Shown here in pieces: positions 54,829-64,000 of a stretch of 64,000 bases of DNA. Location: positions 170,748,001-170,812,000 of the forward strand of contig OZ024742.1 of NCBI GenBank assembly GCA_964016885.1, in the 5' to 3' direction. The notes beneath the pieces are model-generated. The model did not search any database. It was not told where the DNA came from and worked only from the letters and a program-made list of their open reading frames with translations. Numbering within the stretch: position 1 is the first letter of the stretch; every line of letters begins with the position of its first letter. This DNA comes from Eledone cirrhosa (lineage: Eukaryota). The position numbers and the translations under genes are program-made.

Positions 54829-57800
54829 CCTGATCGAAGACGTGTGTCACTTCGCTGCGAAGCTTTTACAGATTTACTATGCAAAAAACTAAGTTTATTG
54901 TTGAATTTGATATTGTTGTTTAGCTTGACCCCTCATCTGGGCTTTCAGACGGTCGGTTAACACATTTTCGTCCATTTCTGGGGCGAAATTTGCATTTGAA
55001 AAATTTGCTGTGAAAAATTATTTACATTTTAAATTCAGTAATGGATACCATTACTACTACACATTCAACTATGAATCCCACGCCCACTAAGAAAGGTGGT
55101 GGAGAGGAAGTAAGAGTACAAAGCTCGCAGCCTTCCCCCCTCACCTTTTTGAAAGACGTTGTGAACGTCGACATGTTTGAGAAGCATGTAAACATGGGAT
55201 CAAACCCGAACAGTAATAACAACACCAACCAGAACAACAATGACAACAACACCACAACCAACAACAGCAACAATGACAACACCAACACCATGAAAAATGC
55301 AAACGGCACCAACAAGAACAATATCAATAACAAGGACAACAACAACAACAATGATGAAAACAACACCAACACCATCAACAGCAACAAGGAAGACACCAAC
55401 ACCAAAATGAACAACCCCACGACCAAAATTTCTTTTGCACAAACTGTCCAAAAGACAAATGTATACACTAATTGACATTTCGAATGTCAAGGAACTGTTA
55501 AAAGACGCAAGGCAATACGTGATTTTGGGGGAGAATAGCGCTTTTAGCATCACTTCTTCCCACGAATTGCGTAGAGAAACTGTCCTGAAAACTATAGTTT
55601 TCAGGACAATCTCAAACACAACCAGAAAACCAGCTCAATTAACGCAAAATGAAATTGAGCTGGTTCTAAGAAACTCCATGAAAGATATTACCTTCATACA
55701 GAAGGGAAAACTCTTCGAGAGTTTATCAGTGATAATGAAAGACCAATTGAAGGCACAGAAATATTCTGTGACGCCAATTGTGTCCCCCACTACACCTTTT
55801 TCCCCACATATATGGGAAAAAGGACACAAAAAATAAGGGTGTCAAGCATTAAACCAAATATAAATATTTGGTGGATATTATGTGGCTTCATCAACTGTGA
55901 TGAAGACACATTAATTTCAATAGGAAAGTCCTCCAGGGGCGTATTTGGTGGTACTAGCCTAGAAGTTCTGGTCCAAATGTGACCAGAACGAATAGCTAGA
56001 ATACCACAACGTGCTAATCTGTTTACTGTAGGCTTTACGCGTCGGGATCGACATGTGACCAGAACGAATAGCTAGAATACCACAACGTGTGCCTCTGGAC
56101 GGAATTTCCTATATAAACATTTCCGTTGAGGGTAGGAGCCTTCATGTTACCACTGTTTAAGCAGTGGTCACCTGAGGGCTTCCTGTCCACAGTTAACTGC
56201 GCTGAAAAAGGCACTAATGCCGACGCCCAACACAACAACACAACCACCACCACCACCACCACAACAACAACAACAACACAAAAATAACCAAAACAAATCA
56301 AACCGCAAACACAGTCCCACCCAGCCCCTCCCCACCTAAAACAACTCCCAATACACCCGCAAGCACAACAGCTCCCCAAAACGTACCCCTCCCCAATCAC
56401 ACAGATACCACAACCGACGAGACCCCCTCATCATCACTCAGTGATGATGAAGGAGAACCCCTCCGCTTCAAAAGAAAGAAAAAAAGACATAACACGAACA
56501 AAAAGCAACAAACACACAGCCACCAACACAAACAACACAAATATTACAAACAAAATTCCCCCTCCTGAAAACAAAACAACGACAACACTCCAAACGCAAA
56601 CACCTACAACAAAACGAAAACACACACAAGAACAACAGACAAAAAAACCAACACAACACAACAAGAACATTACATAAATACACATACATAAATACTGAAA
56701 ACAAAATTTTAATGGAGGTCATCTCCAAAAACCCTGCGGTGAAAACTAAAGGGAAACTTTTACAAGCTGTTTGGACAAACCAAACTTAAAAATGATTAGG
56801 GTTCCGAAGGACACATATAGGTCCATAAAAGAAAACTTTGATAAGGACGTGGGGAATTCATGCGTCAAACCCATGAACCGCGTCCTTTTGAAATGTTTCC
56901 CCACCCCCACGCAGACACCCCACCAGACACCCCCTCTCCATCAAACATCTCCGTCCCCACCCCGCCAGACACCACCACCCTACCAAACACCTCCTCCAAC
57001 ACCCCCATGGACATTGTGCAGCCTGGTCTCCAGGAAGCGAGGAAGTAAGTGAATTCTTTCCTCTTCTTTTCTAACTTTTCCTCACCAGCATGACCAATAT
57101 AAGAGTCGGATGTGTGAATGTGCGCGGCCTGGGGATGCTCTGGAAACAGGGAAAACCCTTAAACGATCTCAGGTCGCACAGTATGGATCTGGCAGTCATT
57201 TGCGAGTCCAGGATCCACAGCGAGCGACAACTGGCCCCCATCTTCGACGACTTTGAGATCTACGCAACTCTCTGTCAGCCGGGAGGTGGGATCGGGGTTG
57301 CCGTTTTGCTGCGGAAACACCTGGACCTCGTAACACAGACGGTACATCTGGACCCGGAGGGTCGACTGGTGGTCCTAGACGTCAGCAGTAGTGAAGGTGG
57401 AATCACGGCGAGACTTCTTCAAGCGTCTGGACACTTTTCTGGAAACGTCCCGCTCCTTGCTTTTAGTGGGGGACTGGAATGGAATCCTAGATGCACGTTG
57501 GGATTATGTGGGAGCATGTCCCGATAGAGGGGGGTGTAACAGCCTCAAACAGTTAATCGGCCGATTTCAACTGGCCGATAGATACCGACTAGATTTCCCG
57601 ACTGCGCCACTGTGGACGTGGACGAACCGCAGTAGGACATTTAGATCGTACTTAGATAGGCTTCTAATTAGAGATAGGGATAGGGACATATTAAGCTGTC
57701 CACACATGTTCATGGTTACCTATTCAGATCACAAACTAGTCACCTACATAGTCAACCTTGATAGAACCCATAGACAGGGACCGGCTACTGGAAGCTGAAC

Positions 57801-59993
57801 CTGTCGTTACCGACACGTACAGCATACATTAGTCGGATTAGCACTTTAGTTAAGCAGCAGTTGACGGGGGAAATTGTCAACAACAGGTGGTGGTGCTCTC
57901 TTAAGAGAGCAATACATTAGAATCGATAGGTTTTAGTAAGCAACTAGCGTTAGATAGGAATAAGACTGAAAAGGAACTGGTAGATTAAGTAGAAGAGGCG
58001 ATTAGGAGTGGCAGAGTAGCTAACGTGCTAGCTACAAGAACGGCCCTGAATCAGTTTTTCGGCGCAAAGCACGAAGACTGCGTTGTCAGGAGTAAAATAC
58101 GTGCTCTGGGAAACGAGGGAGCCAAAGCTGTTAGCTGCGCCCGAGTGACAGAGGTGAAAATTGGCAACAAGTCCACGATTCGGTCTTTGAAGGACCAAGA
58201 CGGACGCGTGATACTTGAACCGGAGCAGATGTGCGCGGCCTTTCAACGGCACTTTGCACAACTATTCGGGCAGGGTGGCGCGCCGGGAGGGGTCCATACC
58301 TCGACGACCTGCCGCGACTCTCGGATGGGGAGGCGAAGTCTTGCGAAGGCCGTTTCGGCCGCTGAGATAGGGGACGCGCTGAGCCAATACGGCAAACGCT
58401 AATCGCCGGGTCTCGACGGTCTATGATCTTTACGTAGCAATGCCGGACTTGTTCTCCGATCTCCTCGAAGCGGTCTACTGCAACTGGCAGCAGATCGGGA
58501 GAATTCCCAGTTCTGTGACCAAGGGCGTAGTCACACTAGGAAGGACGAGAACAAGTGGGACCACATAGGTAACTTCAGGCCCATAACTCTGCTAAACACA
58601 GAGGTACAGATTTTGGTCAAGGTATTAGCAAAGAGGCTGGCGCTTGTCGTCGGGAACCTGATGGGAGAAGCGCAGACGTGCGCAATCCCGACCAGGTCCA
58701 TACACGACAACCTCCACCTCATGCGATACATCGTAGAGAGGGTTGTGTGTGAACCCGGCTTCGGTGGGGCCCTGATCAACTTGGATCAATCTGAGGCGTT
58801 CGATAGGGTTGACCACCATTACTTGGATGCGGTGCTCGCGGCGGCCGGCTTCGGACTCGTGTTCAGGGGCTGGATTGCTGCCATGCACAGCAGCAACATC
58901 TGCTCAGGGGTCAAGGTGAATGGCTACCTTTCGGAGCCGTTCCAAATCACGCGATCCATCCGACAGGGATGCCCTCTCTCCTCCCTTCTGTATGTACTGA
59001 CTCTAGAGCCACTACTGCGGAGGTTGGAGCGGATGTAGGACATCTCGTTGGAACTGGGACTGCGAAAAGTGGCGTCGGCCTACGCCGACGACGTGACAGT
59101 AGTGGTGTGGAGCACTTCGCAAATCGGGGAGATCGGCATCTTACTGAAGGAATACGAAAGGTTCACAGGAGCAAAGCTGAACCGGGACAAGTCCGTCGGT
59201 TTGCAACTCGGATCGTGGAGAGGCAAACCGATGCCTATCTACAGGCACCGACGCCCCGGCAGGGATCCTTCGAAGAGGTCGCGTCCAAGATGTCCGCAGG
59301 ACATTGAAACCGTCCTGCACGCAATTGTACACTGCCCGGGCATAACCGACCTGTGGAACTACGCAGAACAACTGCTGTCGTGTATGGGACAAATCCAGTT
59401 GACTGCCGAATCTATAGTAAGGATCAAACCGCCAATTTCTTTCAAAAAAGAAAGAGAGGCGGTTTTCCTCTGTATAGTGGCTATGGTGAAAGAGGTTATA
59501 TGGTGGACGAGATTGAGAGGACTGAGGACAGATGCCTTTCTCTCCGGACAACAACTCATTCCCTTCTTTAGATACCACTTTAGAAGGAGAATCAGAGTGG
59601 AGAGAGGGGCACTGCACCCCAGTAAATTTACTGAAAGTTGGGTGAATGTGGCAAAAATGGCCCGAGTAATTGGGCTTTCTCTGTATATAAACCTGTAGGT
59701 TGAAGAAGAGAGCAAAAGGAAGAAAGGAGCACTTGCACAACACGCTCTTGAAGTTGAGGGTTGTTCTATCGACGGGGTATTAAACAACCCATTTGTGGCG
59801 CCTCTTCCCTATTGGGGATTTCGATTGCTATAATTGTTTGTTTTATATTTTTTTTTACACGATTGTATGTAAATTCTGAGGATTTTACATACAATCGTGT
59901 AAAAAAATTTTAAAACAAACAATTATAGCAATCGAAGTCCCAATGTCTTTGTTTTGTCCCCTTTTCTTGTGCGCCCTTGTGGCTAATAAAGAA
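54829..59993 (+). mobile_element. Full-length-type Tx1 LINE, copy D, with ~770 bp missing at 59236
   Basis: ORF1 55041-57048 (ISFAQTV, CYHCLSSGHLRASC) and ORF2 57090-59698 (VNVRG, GDWN, SDH, YADD), bounded by (ATCT)n. Confidence 0.92.
57045..57088 (+). promoter_or_regulatory. Putative 44-nt GT-AG intron between ORF1 and ORF2
   Basis: GTAAGT...CTAAC-TTTTCCTCAC-CAG then CATG. An equivalent at 19724-19766 ends in CAA. Confidence 0.5.
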
Positions 59994-60059
<66 letters not shown>

Positions 60060-60073
60060 ATATATACATACAC

Positions 60074-60540
60074 GAAGGAGAGGCGGTTTTCCTTTGTGTC
60101 ATAGCTATGGCGAAAGAGGTTGTATGGTGGACGAGGTTAAAAGGGCTGAGGTCAGACACCTTTCTCTCCGGCCAACAACTGATTCTTTTTTTCACATACC
60201 ACTTTGGAAGAAGAATCAGGATGGAGAGAGAGGTGCTGTACCCCAGCAAGTTTTATGAAAGGTGGGCGAAAGTAGCGAGAATGGTCCGAGTGAATGGGCC
60301 TTCTCTCTATATCAGCCTGTAGGTTGAGGAAAAAGAGGAAGCGAGGAAAGGGGTACAAACTCTTCGTACTCCTGGAGATGAGGGTTGCACATTTTTTCGG
60401 GGGTATGTGTTACCCATATAAGATGTCTCCCCCTATTGGGGAAAATCGATTAATTTTTAAATTACATTTGTGATGGCATTTTACACGTTTTTATTGTATT
60501 TGTCCCCTTCTTTTGTGCCCCTGTGGCTAATAAAGAAACA
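60074..60540 (+). mobile_element. Short Tx1 3' fragment, copy E (third subfamily)
   Basis: AKEVVWWTRLKG...VNGPSLYISL stop, then GCCCCTGTGGCTAATAAAGAAA. Confidence 0.85.
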
Positions 60541-60984
60541 TATCTATATATATATACACATATTGTCATAGACGTACTTAAATATAAATTTTTGTAGACA
60601 TACGAATATATATTTACACATACAAATAGAAACATTAAGATAAAATGTTATATATTGATTAACCTGGACCTGTTAGTTTCCAAAACCAATAGATACTTGA
60701 CATCGATCAATCAAATTCTAAATAATAAATATACAGAGAAATATAGAAGACACATCACCATAAATCATTACGTCTTTCGCGAACTCATTAAAAAATAAAA
60801 TTGCAACGATTTAAAAGTATTTTCCTACACTGTTCTGACAATTTTTTTGTTAGCATACTTAATACAAAGCTAGTACATAACCCATCTTCTACGGATGGCG
60901 GAAAAAAAATATTTACGTGGGTTTCTTCAAATGTGACAGATTATAACTAAGAACTATTTTTTCGTGGATTACACACACATCTGA

Positions 60985-62690
60985 CCGGATGGCCGACCAC
61001 ACACATCAGACCGGACGCCATCTGGCCGACCGGTTCGCCGAGTACCTCCGCGACATCCGCCTCGGCTCGTGTTCCTCCATCATCCGAAACTTCTGCTTAG
61101 CCGGACACTCCGCTCGCAACTTGACCGTTTGCGACCTGATTGCGTGCCCCGGAACCCCCGATGCCCGACTTAGGGCTGAACAACAGACCATCTTCCAATT
61201 ACAGACATGCCCCCCACCCATTCGGTTTGAACTCCTCACCCTTCTTCATTTAGCCCGCAACTGACTCCCTCTACTATCACCACTAACCTCTACCCACACC
61301 TCGCCACCCCACTAACACAACTAACCCCATCAGCCAACCACCCTCACACCACACAAACACACACGCCCTTACACCCTAAGCACACACCAGTATATACACT
61401 CACTCACACACCGACATTACCTCCACGCATGTCCACTACGCTTTCTACACACACATTCACATAACTTCATACACACATACATACACACATATCACTCTCA
61501 CCCACACACACCTGCCTGTCTACACAGCTAACTACCCTCACGCACATATAATAGTATTACTATCACTCTCACCCACCAAGATCTGTTCTGTCAGCACTAC
61601 CTCCTCCTCTCCCTCTCACACATTGCCCTGCCATCACAATCCTCTCCACCTTCTCCTCCCACCCTTTCGACTTGACCACGCAGGCACTTGCACCATTTCC
61701 GCACAGGGGCAACTATGCACCTTACAGGAAACCACATCACCTACAAACATATCACGCATCTCCTTCTATNNNNNNNNNNNNNNNNNNNNNNNNNNNNNNN
61801 NNNNNNNNNNNNNNNNNNNNNNNNNNNNNNNNNNNNNNNNNNNNNNNNNNNNNNNNNNNNNNNNNNNNNNNNNNNNNNNNNNNNNNNNNNNNNNNNNNNN
61901 NNNNNNNNNNNNNNNNNNNNNNNNNNNNNNNNNNNNNNNNNNNNNNNNNNNNNNNNNNNNNNNNNNNNNCATCTCCTTCTATTTAACCACACAAACACAC
62001 ACATACACACTTGCATATCTACACATACACCCACCCACACTTCACCCCCACACTACCTCCGTATTTGACACGATCTAATCTCATACCATCCGTCCCCCCT
62101 CCATCCACACACACACACATATACCTACACCCATACAAGGACTATACACGCACAGACAAACACTCCACCCCAACACACACACACAATGGTTTTTCAAAAC
62201 TCACATTCATATGTTCTCGCATCCTTCCAGACTCTCACACTTACAGCCACACATACACACACACACTCTTACATCTACACATACACACACACATTTCCTT
62301 CCGCCATCCCTGCTCGGACTCTAGTTTTCTTGTTTTCGCCTCGGCCTCTTCATCCCCCTTTTCCTCTCACACACCCCTTACACACTACCACCCCGTTTTC
62401 ATCCCGGACTCGTACACCCCTCCCATCCCTTCATTTTCACATTTTTTAAAATCTGTTCTTTTATATATTTAAAAAAAAATTCTGTTTTTATTTATTTTGA
62501 TTTTCATGTTTATTTTCCCCGTCCTTTCGTGTTCTACCTGTTAAATCCCATCCTTACTCCCCCTCGGAGTTCCTCCCTACGAAGGACTTATGTCTGAAAC
62601 GTCGTTACCTCTCCCATTCTCACAAGGTGTGAAGCTAATAACACTATGTACCATTGACTCCTGCATTTGTTTGTCCTTTTATAAAAAAAG
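60985..62690 (+). mobile_element. PLE (Neptune/Poseidon-like) 3' part: GIY-YIG C-terminal fragment, CA-rich UTR, hammerhead remnant
   Basis: QTGRHLADRFAEYLRDIR...GHS...RLRAEQQTIFQLQT, then CTACGAAGGACTTATGTCTGAAAC at about 62577-62600, ending in (TA)n. Confidence 0.75.
61770..61969. other. Assembly gap (200 N)
   Basis: N run with CATCTCCTTCTAT repeated on both sides. Confidence 0.99.
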
Positions 62691-62701
62691 TATATATTGA
62701 G

Positions 62702-62745
<44 letters not shown>

Positions 62746-62757
62746 CTCAATATATAC

Positions 62758-62790
<33 letters not shown>

Positions 62791-62909
62791 CTGCACTTGT
62801 AGTTCTAAATATCTCAATTTTATAATATTACAATTTTACGAAATTGTAAAATTGTAATGTTATAACATTGAAATGTTTAGAACTACAAGTGCAGTCATTC
62901 TTTTCCTTT

Positions 62910-62957
<48 letters not shown>

Positions 62958-63084
62958 AAAAAAGATGAAATCAAAAATGCAACTGGAGTCTTTTTTTTAA
63001 TAAAAATACATATTTATTTGGTTCCTTTACCGGTTTCGCAGTTCTTCGGCTTTTCAAAAGTAGAATTGAGATGGAGGGTTTTAG

Positions 63085-63196
<112 letters not shown>

Positions 63197-63299
63197 TTCA
63201 AGAGATGGCGACCTAAACAGACATGCTTTCCCCACCAAGAAATTGAAATTGTTTTCGTGTCTGCCACTGCTCGCTCTCCTCTATCTTCCTATTTCTTCT

Positions 63300-63472
63300 T
63301 TAATTTTTCATTCTACTTTCTGATGAGGGACTGCTGTCCGAAACTTTAAGACTCTTTTCCTACTATATGAAGCGTAAAACTAAAAATATATTTCTTCATT
63401 ACATTGTGTAGTTTGCTTTGTTGTTTTTTTCTGCATATATATATAGTATACATATATATATGCACACACACG

Positions 63473-63507
<35 letters not shown>

Positions 63508-63800
63508 GTAATATAACATATATACTTTTTTCTTCTTTTTCTTCCAATTTTTCTTTTTCCTCTCTTTGTTCCCCTTCTTGTTTCAACTTACATTTTTTCC
63601 CAAACATTCCAATCTCCCCTCTCTTCTTTCCCGATGAAGGAATAAGGTCCGAAACGCTGTCGCGTTCTTTTCCCTTTCTCACATCCGTGAAACTAATGAG
63701 AATGTGTCTAATTGTCCCCTGTGTCTGTCTTATTTTAATCTTGAACTCAAATGTTTTTCTCTCAAGGCCGAATATAAATAAGATTTATTGTTATTTGCTC
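63300..63800 (+). mobile_element. Two further PLE terminal fragments with hammerhead-core remnants
   Basis: CTGATGAGGGACTGCTGTCCGAAAC at 63320-63344 and CCGATGAAGGAATAAGGTCCGAAAC at about 63631-63655, similar to the 62577 motif. Confidence 0.6.
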
Positions 63801-64000
63801 ACATTCCATGAGAGTATCTTGGTCAGCTTATGAACCTTTCAGCCGACCCTCGTGGATAGGTCCAATATATTTATTAGACGAGATAACCTTTACAAGGCCG
63901 ATCGATATTCAAGGTGAGCCGAGGTTGTGATCTGGTTTCAACTCCCGATTGAATAATTCCTTTCATCTATGCTTTGTACTTGTAAATGTAATGAGATATA

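Noticed and set aside
61757-61982. 13-bp direct repeat flanking the N run
   Set aside because: This is most likely contig overlap at an assembly gap rather than a TSD.

Overview
This is eukaryotic, AT-rich, microsatellite-saturated DNA with no recognisable host gene. The repeat families suggest a cephalopod, probably Octopus (inference). Almost every complex stretch is a transposon relic. (i) Two head-to-tail clusters of Tx1/L1-clade LINEs each start and end in (ATCT)n (17.6-27.0 kb and 51.8-60.5 kb), and a related copy ends in (ATT)n. (ii) There are R4/Dong-type RLE retrotransposon fragments, CR1 and RTE fragments, a maT/mariner, a non-autonomous Helitron with an internal 37-bp minisatellite, MITEs and SINEs. 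(iii) Two Penelope-like element (PLE) coding remnants are present, plus about 15 short PLE-type terminal modules inserted in (TA)n. Many of these modules are head-to-head fold-back palindromes and carry minimal type I hammerhead ribozymes with palindromic stem III. Two observations stand out. First, the ORF1-ORF2 spacer of two divergent Tx1 copies looks like a 43-44 nt spliceosomal intron whose removal would delete the ORF1 stop and fuse ORF1 to ORF2 in frame. Second, otherwise unrelated hammerhead fold-back inserts share one architecture (one arm with a tail, one without) and a YNGAGYRY motif at a similar distance from both the tail-less arm end and the (TA)n. All calls were made by eye and boundaries are approximate. 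Most short ORFs in the supplied track are microsatellite artefacts.
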